Positions 40,169-49,068 of a stretch of DNA of 64,000 nt are shown piece by piece. The position numbers and the translations under genes are program-made. Location: NCBI GenBank assembly GCA_027624175.1, contig JAQBXT010000006.1:4439-68438 (forward strand), written 5' to 3'. Below the pieces are notes generated by a model. That model did not search any database. It was given only the letters and a program-made list of their open reading frames with translations, and was not told the origin of the DNA. This DNA comes from Pseudomonadota bacterium (lineage in GTDB: Bacteria; Pseudomonadota; Gammaproteobacteria; Burkholderiales; SG8-39). The stretch's first letter is position 1; every line of letters starts with the position of its first letter.

Positions 40169-40794
40169 TCAGGGGGTCTGGACGACATCCAGAGGGTTCA
40201 CCGGCCTTGAAATGCGCATTACCAAAGCATAGGAAACCCTGTCATAGAGGCGGAACACGAACGCCAGCCCGTAGCGTTCGTCCGGCAGCTTGAAGGTCAT
40301 CGGCGCCCCGCCCGTCACCCTGGAAGCGTCGGCGATGGTCGCGCCGGGCCGGTACAGCGCAAATACGTGGCCCACTTCGACGCCGTCCGACCTGCCACGG
40401 TTGAGGGTAATGATGGCCTCGGTGTACCCGCGGCCCCCGCTCCCGTGTCCGCGCCTCCCGCACCCGCGGCACCGCTGGCGCCACTGTCCCCGCCGGCAAT
40501 GGACAGGGTGCCGCTGACGCGATCCAGAACGATCACGTCCCCCGGATAGCTCCAGCGGGGATTCCTGATCTGCTCGCGGTTGAAATTCCAGATTTCGGGC
40601 CAGCGCCACGGAGAATCGGTGAAGCGCTCCGAAATTCCCCACAGCGTGTCGCCGCGGACCACGATATAGCGGTCCGGCGCGTCCTGCTTGAACGCGATCG
40701 GGGTCGTCGGGACCTGCGCCGCGGCCACGCCGGCGACCAGGCCGGACAGGACAATAACCAGCGCTGTGATAGACTTACGCAATTGGTCGTACAT
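40169..40794 (-). pseudogene. LysM peptidoglycan-binding protein (TsaP-like, in the dprA/def slot), split by a frameshift.
   Basis: The N-terminal part lies in the frame of ORF 40315..40902: start [18 protein letters not shown] at 40794, Lys[17 protein letters not shown]. The C-terminal part lies in the frame of ORF 40169..40642: [28 protein letters not shown]...VSYALVMRISRPVNPLDVV. The frames meet in a Gly/Ala-rich tract at a C5 run (40434-40438). One extra base there would fuse them. Confidence 0.7.
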
Positions 40795-40939
40795 GGTGCC
40801 CCCGAACCTTATCCCTGTTCCCGGGCTGGCTTGAAAAGTCCATTGGCCATCCAAATTTAGCACAAACCGCGCGTTGTTTACCTGCTGCCTTAGATTCTGC
40901 ATCTAATCAATTCAATTTGCAACGCTATTTACCTGTCCG

Positions 40940-41443
40940 ATGGCCCTACTGAACGTCCTGCGCTACCCTGACGCCCGCCTGCACAAGACGGCCTCGCCGG
41001 TGACGGTGTTCGACGAGGCGCTGAAGACCCTGATCCAGAGCTTGGCCGAAACCATGTACGCGGCCCCCGGCATCGGACTGGCGGCGACCCAGGTGGACGT
41101 GCACAAGCAGGTCATCGTGCTCGATGTTTCGGAGCACCACGATGCGCTCGTGGTGCTGGTGAATCCCGAGATCGTCGACGCCTCGGGGGTCTCGGATATT
41201 GAAGAAGGCTGCCTGTCGGTCCCGGGCGTGTACGACATCGTCGAGCGGGCGGAGCGCGTGAAAGTCCGGGCCTACGACCAGAGCGGCAAGCAGTTCACGC
41301 TTGAAGCACAGGGCCTGCTCGCGGTGTGTATCCAGCACGAGATGGATCACCTCAAGGGCAAGGTATTCGTCGAGCATCTCTCGCAGCTCAAGCAGCAGCG
41401 CGTGCGCGCCAAGCTCGCCAAGCAGCTGCGCAAGTCTGCCTAA
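40940..41443 (+). CDS. def: Peptide deformylase.
   Basis: 167-aa ORF with motifs [17 protein letters not shown] and QHEMDHL. Confidence 0.97.
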   Translation: MALLNVLRYPDARLHKTASPVTVFDEALKTLIQSLAETMYAAPGIGLAATQVDVHKQVIVLDVSEHHDALVVLVNPEIVDASGVSDIEEGCLSVPGVYDIVERAERVKVRAYDQSGKQFTLEAQGLLAVCIQHEMDHLKGKVFVEHLSQLKQQRVRAKLAKQLRKSA

Positions 41444-41449
41444 GCTTTC

Positions 41450-42373
41450 CTGCGCCTAGTCTTTGCGGGCACCCCGGAATTCGCCGAGCGCGCGCTGGCC
41501 GCGCTGCTCGATGCGGGACATGAGGTGCCACTGGTGCTCACCCAACCCGATCGCCCGGCCGGGCGCGGCATGCGGGCTTCGGCCAGCGCGGTCAAGCAGC
41601 TGGCACGCTGGCGCGGGCTCGAACTTTTCCAGCCGGAGACGCTGCGCGATGCGGCTGCGCAGGCGCGCATCGGCGCCGCCTGCCCGGACGCCCTGGTGGT
41701 TGCGGCCTACGGCCTCATTCTGCCTCAAGCAGTGCTCGATACCGCGCCGCTCGGCGCATTGAATGTCCACGCCTCGCTCCTGCCCAGATGGCGCGGCGCG
41801 GCGCCCATTCAGCGCGCGCTGCTCGCCGGAGACCGCGAGACCGGCGTCACTATCATGCGCATGGAAGCCGGGCTCGATACCGGCCCCATGGTGGCGCAGG
41901 CGCGCGTCGCGATTGATGAGGACGATGATGCGCAAACGCTGCACGACAAGCTGGCCGCGCTGGGCGCGCGCATGATTGTGGACGCACTGGCCGATGCGGC
42001 GGCGGGGCGGGCGCACTCGGTGCCGCAGCCCGAGTCGGGCGTCACCTATGCCCCCAAGATCGACAAACTCGAATCAGGGATCGACTGGCGGGCGCCCGCG
42101 GCGGACTTGGAGCGCCTGGTGCGGGCCCTGCGCCCTGCACCGGGTGCCGCAGCGCGCTGGCGCGGCGAGACGCTCAAGATCTGGCGCTCGCGCACCGAGA
42201 CGGCAAGCGATGTGCCCGGAAGCGTGCTCGAGTCGGGGCCCGGTGGGCTGCTCGTCGCTTGCGGCAGGGACGCCCTGCGCATCCTCGAGTTGCAGCGCGC
42301 GGGGGGCAAACGGCTCGCAGCGGATGTTTTCCTGCGCGGGTGCCCGATCGAGGCAGGCGAGCGTCTGCAATGA
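41450..42373 (+). CDS. fmt: Methionyl-tRNA formyltransferase; apparent non-canonical CTG start.
   Basis: ORF track starts at GTG 41525 (MPLVLTQPDRPAGRG). The conserved Fmt N-terminus LRLVFAGTPEFAERALAALLDAGHEV is encoded in frame from CTG 41450, two codons after the def TAA. No ATG, GTG or TTG lies in between. Confidence 0.8.
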   Translation: MRLVFAGTPEFAERALAALLDAGHEVPLVLTQPDRPAGRGMRASASAVKQLARWRGLELFQPETLRDAAAQARIGAACPDALVVAAYGLILPQAVLDTAPLGALNVHASLLPRWRGAAPIQRALLAGDRETGVTIMRMEAGLDTGPMVAQARVAIDEDDDAQTLHDKLAALGARMIVDALADAAAGRAHSVPQPESGVTYAPKIDKLESGIDWRAPAADLERLVRALRPAPGAAARWRGETLKIWRSRTETASDVPGSVLESGPGGLLVACGRDALRILELQRAGGKRLAADVFLRGCPIEAGERLQ

Positions 42374-43629
42374 AGCGCCAGGCGGATCTCGCGCCGGCGC
42401 TTGCCGAGGCGGCACAGGCCGTGGCGCGCGTTGCCGCCGGCCGACGGTTCGACGACGCCTTTGAGCGTCGCGCCGAGCGCGGCGCGCTGCTGGACTTGTG
42501 CTACGGCACCCTGCGCCGCTACGGTCGTGTGCAGGCGATCGTGCAAGCGCTGTCGCACAAAGGCGCGCCCGAGCCGCGGGTACAGGCGTTGCTGTGGTGC
42601 GCCCTGTACGCGCTGGACAGCGGCCGCTACGCGGGCTACACGGTGGTCGACCAGGCGGTGCGCGCTTGCGCGCTTCTGGAACAATGGCCGGCGCGCGGAT
42701 ACGTCAACGGCCTGCTGCGGGGCTATCTGCGCTCGCGCGATGAAATCGAACGCGGTGTCGCGGCGGACCCGCAGGCGCGCTACCAGCATCCACGCTGGTG
42801 GATCGAAATGCTGGAGCGCGCCTATCCGGCGCAGTGGGGCGAAGTGCTCGAGGCCGGCAACGCGCATCCGCCCATGTGCCTGCGCGTCAACCAGCGCCGT
42901 TCGCAGCCCGAGGCGTATCTGCAGAAACTTGCGGCAGCCGGGCTGGCGGCGCGCAGCGTAGGCGGCTGCGCGATCCTGCTCGACACCCCGGTGCCCGTGG
43001 ACCGGCTGCCGGGTTTCGCGGAGGGTTTGGTCTCGGTGCAGGACGCCGGCGCGCAACGCTGCGCCGGGCTGCTCGACTTGCAGCCGGGCCAGCGCGTGCT
43101 CGACGCCTGTGCGGCCCCTGGCGGCAAGAGCGCGCACATTCTCGAATGCGCGGACGTGCGGCTTACGGCACTGGATGCGGACGCGGCGCGCGCCGCCCGC
43201 ATCGAGCCGGGACTCGCCCGGCTGGGGCTCGCGGCGAGCGTGCAGGCCGCGGACTGCACCGCGCCGCAATCCTGGTGGGACGGCCATGCTTTTGACCGCG
43301 TGCTCGCTGATGTGCCCTGCACGGGTTCGGGCGTGGCGCGCCGCCACCCGGATATCAAGTGGTTGCGGCGCGCCGAGGACGCATCCGGATTCGCGCGCCG
43401 GCAGGCAGGGATTCTGGACGCGCTTTGGCGGGTGCTCGCCCCGGGTGGTAAATTGCTGTATGTCACCTGCTCGGTATTCCCGGTCGAGAATGGCGCCGTG
43501 CTGGATGCCTTCTGCGAGCGCACTCCGCAGTCCCGGCGCTGCGACCTGCCGGGCGGCACTCCGGCGCAGCTGCTGCCGTGCGCGCAGCACGACGGCTTTT
43601 TCTTCGGCCTGCTAGCAAAGGCGCCCTGA
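42370..43629 (+). CDS. rsmB: 16S rRNA (cytosine967-C5)-methyltransferase RsmB.
   Basis: In ORF 42259..43629 the ATG at 42370 overlaps the fmt TGA (ATGA). Contains the NusB-like N-terminus and methyltransferase motifs (DACAAPGGKS, DVPCTGSGVARRHPD, YVTCS). Confidence 0.93.
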   Translation: MKRQADLAPALAEAAQAVARVAAGRRFDDAFERRAERGALLDLCYGTLRRYGRVQAIVQALSHKGAPEPRVQALLWCALYALDSGRYAGYTVVDQAVRACALLEQWPARGYVNGLLRGYLRSRDEIERGVAADPQARYQHPRWWIEMLERAYPAQWGEVLEAGNAHPPMCLRVNQRRSQPEAYLQKLAAAGLAARSVGGCAILLDTPVPVDRLPGFAEGLVSVQDAGAQRCAGLLDLQPGQRVLDACAAPGGKSAHILECADVRLTALDADAARAARIEPGLARLGLAASVQAADCTAPQSWWDGHAFDRVLADVPCTGSGVARRHPDIKWLRRAEDASGFARRQAGILDALWRVLAPGGKLLYVTCSVFPVENGAVLDAFCERTPQSRRCDLPGGTPAQLLPCAQHDGFFFGLLAKAP

Positions 43630-43640
43630 CGCCGCGCGCG

Positions 43641-44264
43641 ATGCGAGTCAGCGCCACCTGCGCAAGAATCCTCGTCGCCCTGGCCTGCGCGGTCGCCCTG
43701 TGCGCGCGCGCGGACGAGATCGATGTTATTGACGCGCGTCTTGCCGCCTCGGAGGAGGGCCTGCTGCTCAGCGCCGATTTCGGCTTCGATTTCAATTCCA
43801 GGCTGAGCGAGACGGTCGCCAATGGCGTGCCGTTGTACTTCCTGGTCGAGTTCGAGCTGACGCGCCCGCGCTGGTACTGGTGGAACGAGAATACCGCGAC
43901 GCGGGTCACGCAATTGCGCCTGTCCTATCACGCGCTTTCGCGGCAGTATCGGTTGACCACCGGCCCGCTGCACCAGAACTTCGCCACGCTCGAAGAGGCG
44001 CTCGACGTCATGCGCCGGCTGCGCAACTGGCAGGTGCTCGAGCGTTCCGTGGCGCTGCGCGGTTCGTCGTACGGAGTGGCGGTGCGCATGCGGCTGGACA
44101 CTTCGCAACTGCCCAGGCCGCTGCAGGTCAGCGAGCTCACCAACCGCGAGCTGCGCCTGGAGTCGCCGTGGAAGCGTTTCATCTTCATTCCGCCGCTGCC
44201 CGCGCCGGCGCCGGCGCCGCCGCCCGCGGAGACGCGAGAGGAGAAAGAAGGTACCGCGCGATGA
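43641..44264 (+). CDS. DUF4390 domain-containing secreted protein.
   Basis: In ORF 43578..44264 the ATG at 43641 opens a signal peptide MRVSATCARILVALACAVALCARA. Characteristic block: LYFLVEFELTRPRWYWWNE...LSYHALSRQYRL. The stop overlaps the ntrY start. Confidence 0.8.
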   Translation: MRVSATCARILVALACAVALCARADEIDVIDARLAASEEGLLLSADFGFDFNSRLSETVANGVPLYFLVEFELTRPRWYWWNENTATRVTQLRLSYHALSRQYRLTTGPLHQNFATLEEALDVMRRLRNWQVLERSVALRGSSYGVAVRMRLDTSQLPRPLQVSELTNRELRLESPWKRFIFIPPLPAPAPAPPPAETREEKEGTAR

Positions 44265-46384
44265 GAATCCTGCTGATCGCCGGTGCGGCGCTCGCAGGCG
44301 TGCTGCTGTTCCTGCTGGCGACGGCCAGCGCCGCCGATTCCACTTTGCTGGCGCGCCACTATCCGCTGTTGCTCGGTCTGAACGCCGCGCTTGCTGCTGC
44401 GCTCGCGGCGCTGGTCGGCTACCAGCTGGTCGCGGTGGTGCGAAGCTATCGCGGCCGCGCCTTCGGCTCGCGCCTTACGCTGCGCTTCCTGGTGCTGTTT
44501 TCCATGATGGCGGTGGTGCCGGGCGTGCTGGTGTACACGGTGTCGGTCCAGTTCCTCACCAAGAGCATCGAATCCTGGTTCGACGTCAAGGTGGATGCGG
44601 CGCTCGAGGGCGGCATCAGTCTCGGCCAGTCGGCGATTGATGGCATGCTTGCCGAAATGCAGGTGAAGGGCCGCACCATGGCGCTCGAACTCGCCGAACG
44701 CCCCGGCGGGCAGCAGGCGTCCCTGCTCAACCGCCTGCGCGAGCAGGCCGGGGTCCAGGAGGCGGTGCTGGTCTCATCGAACGGCACCCTGCTGGCGAGT
44801 GCCACGGAGGAAGTGTCCCGGTTCGTGCCGGAGATGCCGACGGCGCAGATGCTGCGCCAGGCGCGTTCTGCGCGCGGCTACAGCTCGATCGACGCAGCCG
44901 ACGGCACGCCCTTGGCGTTGCGCGTGGTCCTGCCCGTGACCGGCCTGGCGATCGCCGATGAAGTGCGCTTCCTGCAGTTGCGCCAGACGGTTCCGCTGAG
45001 GCTGGCGCGCAGCGCCGAGGCGGTCGAAGCTGCCTACCGGGACTATCGCGAGCTCGCGCTGTCGCGCCAGGGCCTGAGGCAGATCTACATCGTCACCCTG
45101 ACCCTGGCGCTGCTGATGGCACTGTTCGTCGCCATTTCGCTTGCGGCGATCCTGTCCGCGCGCCTGTCGGCGCCGCTGGCCAACCTGGCCCAGGCGACGC
45201 AGGCAGTGGCGCGCGGCGACTTCTCGAAACGCCCGCCGGTGATCAGCCGCGACGAGCTCGGCGTGCTCACCGAATCGTTCAATTCGATGACGCGCCAGCT
45301 CGACGAAGCCCGCATGGTGGTGGAGAGCAACCGCGTCGCGCTGGAGACGGCGAACGCATCGCTGGAGAACATTCTTGCCAACCTGTCGGCGGGAGTGCTG
45401 GTGTTCGACCGTGAGCTGCGGCTATCGATTTCCAATCGCGGTGCCGCCGAGATCCTCGGCAGCGAGCTGCAGGCCCAGGCCGGCCGGCCGCTCGCGGCTT
45501 GGGGCGCGGCGCTGGAAGCGTTTGCCGCGGCAGTGCGCGCACAGTTCCTCGAGCACGGCGCCCAGACGTGGCAACTGGAGATCACCCTCAGGGGCACCGG
45601 CAAGACGCTGCTGGCGCGCGGCGCGGCGCTGCCCGAGGCAACGGGCGGCGGCTCCGTGCTGGTGTTCGACGACATTACGCAGCTGATCCAGGCGCAGCGC
45701 GCCACCGCCTGGGCCGAAGTGGCCCGGCGGCTCGCCCATGAGATCAAGAACCCCCTCACGCCGATCCAGCTTTCCGCCGAGCGCCTGGAAATGAAACTTG
45801 AAGGCCGCCTCGCCCAGGAGGACGCCGAGGTGGTGAAGCGCAGTACGCAGACCATCGTCAACCAGGTCGCGGCGCTGAAGTCCATGGTCGACGACTTTGG
45901 CGACTACGCACGCCTGCCTGCGCCGGTGCCCGCGGGGCTCGATCTGAACACGTTGGTCGCGGACGTGCTGGCGCTCTACGAGACCTCGCGCGTGCCGATC
46001 GCCGCGCGCCTGGCGCCCGGCCTGCCCGCGGTTTGGGCCGATACCGCGCAGATCCGCCAGGTGATCCACAACCTGGTGCAGAACGCGCAGGACGCGCTGG
46101 AGAACCGCAAGGAGCCGCGCTTGCAGCCGGCGATCGAAGTGTGCACCGAGCTGGCGGGCAACAAGGTGCGACTTTCGGTGACCGACAACGGGGATGGCTT
46201 TCCCGAGGAGCTGATGACGCGCATTTTCGAGCCCTACGTCACCACCAAGCCGCGCGGCACCGGGCTGGGGCTGGCCATCGTCAAGAAGATCGTCGACGAG
46301 CACCGCGGCAGCATCGCCATCGAGAACCGCCCCGAGCGCGGCGCTTCGGTGAGCGTCCTGCTGCCGGTGGCGGAAGCGGCCTGA
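44261..46384 (+). CDS. ntrY: Sensor histidine kinase NtrY.
   Basis: In ORF 43880..46384 the ATG is at 44261 (MRILLIAGAALAGVLLFLL). Domains: TM helices, HAMP, PAS, HisKA (AWAEVARRLAHEIKNPLTPIQLSAERL), HATPase (DNGDGF...GTGLGLAIVKKIVDEHRGSI). Confidence 0.9.
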   Translation: MRILLIAGAALAGVLLFLLATASAADSTLLARHYPLLLGLNAALAAALAALVGYQLVAVVRSYRGRAFGSRLTLRFLVLFSMMAVVPGVLVYTVSVQFLTKSIESWFDVKVDAALEGGISLGQSAIDGMLAEMQVKGRTMALELAERPGGQQASLLNRLREQAGVQEAVLVSSNGTLLASATEEVSRFVPEMPTAQMLRQARSARGYSSIDAADGTPLALRVVLPVTGLAIADEVRFLQLRQTVPLRLARSAEAVEAAYRDYRELALSRQGLRQIYIVTLTLALLMALFVAISLAAILSARLSAPLANLAQATQAVARGDFSKRPPVISRDELGVLTESFNSMTRQLDEARMVVESNRVALETANASLENILANLSAGVLVFDRELRLSISNRGAAEILGSELQAQAGRPLAAWGAALEAFAAAVRAQFLEHGAQTWQLEITLRGTGKTLLARGAALPEATGGGSVLVFDDITQLIQAQRATAWAEVARRLAHEIKNPLTPIQLSAERLEMKLEGRLAQEDAEVVKRSTQTIVNQVAALKSMVDDFGDYARLPAPVPAGLDLNTLVADVLALYETSRVPIAARLAPGLPAVWADTAQIRQVIHNLVQNAQDALENRKEPRLQPAIEVCTELAGNKVRLSVTDNGDGFPEELMTRIFEPYVTTKPRGTGLGLAIVKKIVDEHRGSIAIENRPERGASVSVLLPVAEAA

Positions 46385-46391
46385 GCGCGCC

Positions 46392-47639
46392 ATGGCGCAA
46401 ATCCTGGTGGTCGACGACGAGATCGGCATCCGCGAGCTGCTGTCCGAGATCCTGGCCGACGAGGGCCACGGCGTGATGCTCGCCGACTGTGCCGGCGCGG
46501 CGCGCCGCCTGCGCGACGCGAACCGCCCCGACCTCGTGCTGCTCGACATCTGGATGCCGGATACCGACGGCATCAGCCTGCTCAAGGAGTGGGCCGGCAA
46601 CGGACAGCTGACGATGCCCGTGGTCATGATGTCCGGTCACGGCACCATCGAGACCGCGGTCGAGGCTACGCGCATCGGCGCGCTCGACTACCTGGAAAAG
46701 CCGATCGCTTTGCAGCGGTTGCTGACGACGGTAAAGCGGGCGCTGCGCAACCACGAGCTTGCCGCCCCACGCCAGCTGTCGATGGCGATGCTGGGGCGCT
46801 CGGTATCGCTCAGCGAACTGCGCAAGCGCCTGGCGCAGCTCGCGCAGACCTCAGCGCCGCTGCTGCTATGCGGCGAGCAGGGCATGCTGCCCGAGTTGTT
46901 TGCGCGGCAGCTCGCCGCGCCTGGCGCGCCGTTTCTCGCCGGCGCCGAACTGCTGGCCGACGCCTCGAGCGAACTACTGACCCGCGCCGGCGGCGGCATC
47001 CTGTTCGTGCCCGATCTGGCGCGGCTGTCGCGCGGCGAACAGAAGAACCTCGAATTCCTGCAGGCGCGTGCCGACAAGCACAAGACGCGCATCGTGTCGT
47101 TCTCGCCGCTGGACGCGAAGGCGCTAGTCGAGCGCTGCGGCTACGATGCCGCGCTGCTGGCGCGCCTGGGCGAGCTCACGCTGCGGCTGCCGCCGCTGCG
47201 CGAGTGCGCCGAGGACGTCCCGGACCTTGCGGCGCAGATGCTGGCGCAGCTCGTTGAGTCGCGCGCCTGTGCGCCGCGGCGCTTCGCGGTTGGCGCGCTC
47301 AACGCCTTGCGCCTGCACCGCTGGCCGGGAAACCTCGCCGAGCTGGAGCACGCGGTGAAGAATCTGGCCATCACCTCGCTCGACGAGGAGATCGGTGTCG
47401 TAGATGTCGAGCGCGTGCTCGCGGCGCAGGTGGAGCAGGCGCCGGCTCCCGCTTTGGCGCTCGACCGGCCGTATCGCGAAGCGCGCGAGGCGTTCGAGCG
47501 CGTGTACTTCGAGAAACTGCTCGCGGCGGAGAATGGCAGCATGGCGCGCGTGGCGGAGCGCAGCGGCCTGGAGCGCACGCACCTGTATCGCAAGCTGAAG
47601 GCACTGGGGCTGCCGGTGGGCCGGCGCGAGGAAGTATGA
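46392..47639 (+). CDS. ntrX: Response regulator NtrX (receiver, degenerate AAA+ domain, Fis-type HTH).
   Basis: 415-aa ORF with receiver ILVVDDEIGIRELL...DLVLLDIWMPDTDG and C-terminal HTH AERSGLERTHLYRKLKALG. The central domain lacks recognisable Walker A, Walker B and GAFTGA motifs. Confidence 0.85.
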   Translation: MAQILVVDDEIGIRELLSEILADEGHGVMLADCAGAARRLRDANRPDLVLLDIWMPDTDGISLLKEWAGNGQLTMPVVMMSGHGTIETAVEATRIGALDYLEKPIALQRLLTTVKRALRNHELAAPRQLSMAMLGRSVSLSELRKRLAQLAQTSAPLLLCGEQGMLPELFARQLAAPGAPFLAGAELLADASSELLTRAGGGILFVPDLARLSRGEQKNLEFLQARADKHKTRIVSFSPLDAKALVERCGYDAALLARLGELTLRLPPLRECAEDVPDLAAQMLAQLVESRACAPRRFAVGALNALRLHRWPGNLAELEHAVKNLAITSLDEEIGVVDVERVLAAQVEQAPAPALALDRPYREAREAFERVYFEKLLAAENGSMARVAERSGLERTHLYRKLKALGLPVGRREEV

Positions 47640-47682
47640 AAGGGACTAGAATGCCGCGCTTTGCGCAAGGAGCAACCCCGGC

Positions 47683-49056
47683 GTGAAGATCGTGATCCTC
47701 GGGGCCGGGCAGGTGGGCAGCTCGGTCGCCGAAAGCCTGGTCTCCGAGCAGAACGACATCACGGTGGTCGACGTGGACTCCGGGCGGCTGCGGGCGCTGC
47801 AGGACCGCTTCGACCTGCGTACCGTCACCGGCAGCGCCTCGCACCCCTCGGTGCTCTCCGAGGCCGGGATCGAAGACGCCGACCTGCTCATTGCGGTGAC
47901 CCAGTCCGACGAAACCAACCTGGTGGCGTGCAAGCTAGCCGCGCGCATGTTCAATGTGCCGCGGCGCGTGGCGCGCATCCGCGCCAACGCCTTTCTCGAC
48001 AACAAGATGGTGCTCGGGCCGGACGGCTTCGACGTCGACCTGTCGATTTGCCCCGAGCAGGTGCTCACCGAGTACATCGTCAAATTGGTCGAGTTTCCCG
48101 AGGCGCTGCAGGTGCTGGACTTCGCCGATGGCAAGGTGAGCCTGGTGGCGGTGCGCGCCTACCAGGGCGGGCCGATGGTCGGCCGGCCGGTGAAGGAGAT
48201 CCGCGCGCATATTCCCAATATCGACACGCGCATCGTCGCCATTTTCCGGCACGATCGCGCCATCCTGCCCGACGGCGACACGGTGATCGAGGCCGGCGAC
48301 GAGGTGTTCTGCCTCGCCGCGGCGCAGGACATCCGCAAGGTGATGCACGAGCTGCGGCGCATGGACCAGCCGGTGAAGCGCGTGATGATCGCGGGCGGTG
48401 GCAACATCGGCCTGCGCCTGGCGCACGCGCTGGAGCGCGACTACTCCGTGCGCCTGATCGAGCACAACAAGCGCCGTTGCGAATTTCTCGCTGAGAAGAT
48501 GAACCAGGCGCTGGTGCTGAACGGCGACGCCACCGACGAGGAATTGCTGGAGCAGGAGAATATCGCCGAGATGGACCTGTTCGTTGCGGTGACCAACGAC
48601 GACGAAAACAACATCATGAGCTGCCTGCTCGCCAAGAGAATGGGCGCGCGGCGCGTCGTGGCGCTCATCAACCGGCGCAGCTACGTCGACCTGCTGCAAA
48701 GCGGGCAGATCGACATCGCCATTTCGCCGGCGCAGGCGACGATCGGCAAGCTGCTGGCACACGTGCGCCGCGGCGACGTGGTGGCGGTGCACAGCCTGCG
48801 CCGCGGCGCCGCCGAGGCGCTGGAGGCCGTGGTGCACGGCGATCGCGACTCCTGCCGGCTCAGCGGCCGGCTGGTCGGCGAAATCGAGCTGCCGGCCGGT
48901 GCCACCATCGGCGCCGTGGTGCGCGGCGACAAGGTGCTGATGGCGCATCACGACACGCGCATCGAGGCCGAGGACCACGTGATCGTCTTCGTCACCGACA
49001 AGAAGACGCTGCCGCGGGTCGAAAAGCTGTTCCAGGTCGGCGCCCGCTTCCTCTAG
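47683..49056 (+). CDS. trkA: Trk potassium uptake system protein TrkA.
   Basis: 457-aa ORF (GTG start) with two Rossmann motifs (KIVILGAGQVGSSVA and VMIAGGGNIGLRLA). Confidence 0.95.
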   Translation: MKIVILGAGQVGSSVAESLVSEQNDITVVDVDSGRLRALQDRFDLRTVTGSASHPSVLSEAGIEDADLLIAVTQSDETNLVACKLAARMFNVPRRVARIRANAFLDNKMVLGPDGFDVDLSICPEQVLTEYIVKLVEFPEALQVLDFADGKVSLVAVRAYQGGPMVGRPVKEIRAHIPNIDTRIVAIFRHDRAILPDGDTVIEAGDEVFCLAAAQDIRKVMHELRRMDQPVKRVMIAGGGNIGLRLAHALERDYSVRLIEHNKRRCEFLAEKMNQALVLNGDATDEELLEQENIAEMDLFVAVTNDDENNIMSCLLAKRMGARRVVALINRRSYVDLLQSGQIDIAISPAQATIGKLLAHVRRGDVVAVHSLRRGAAEALEAVVHGDRDSCRLSGRLVGEIELPAGATIGAVVRGDKVLMAHHDTRIEAEDHVIVFVTDKKTLPRVEKLFQVGARFL

Positions 49057-49068
49057 CCCGCGGCAATC

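Noticed and set aside
40809-40817. TTATCCCTG, a DnaA-box-like 9-mer in the LysM/def divergent spacer.
   Set aside because: It has two mismatches in the critical CCACA core and no neighbouring boxes.
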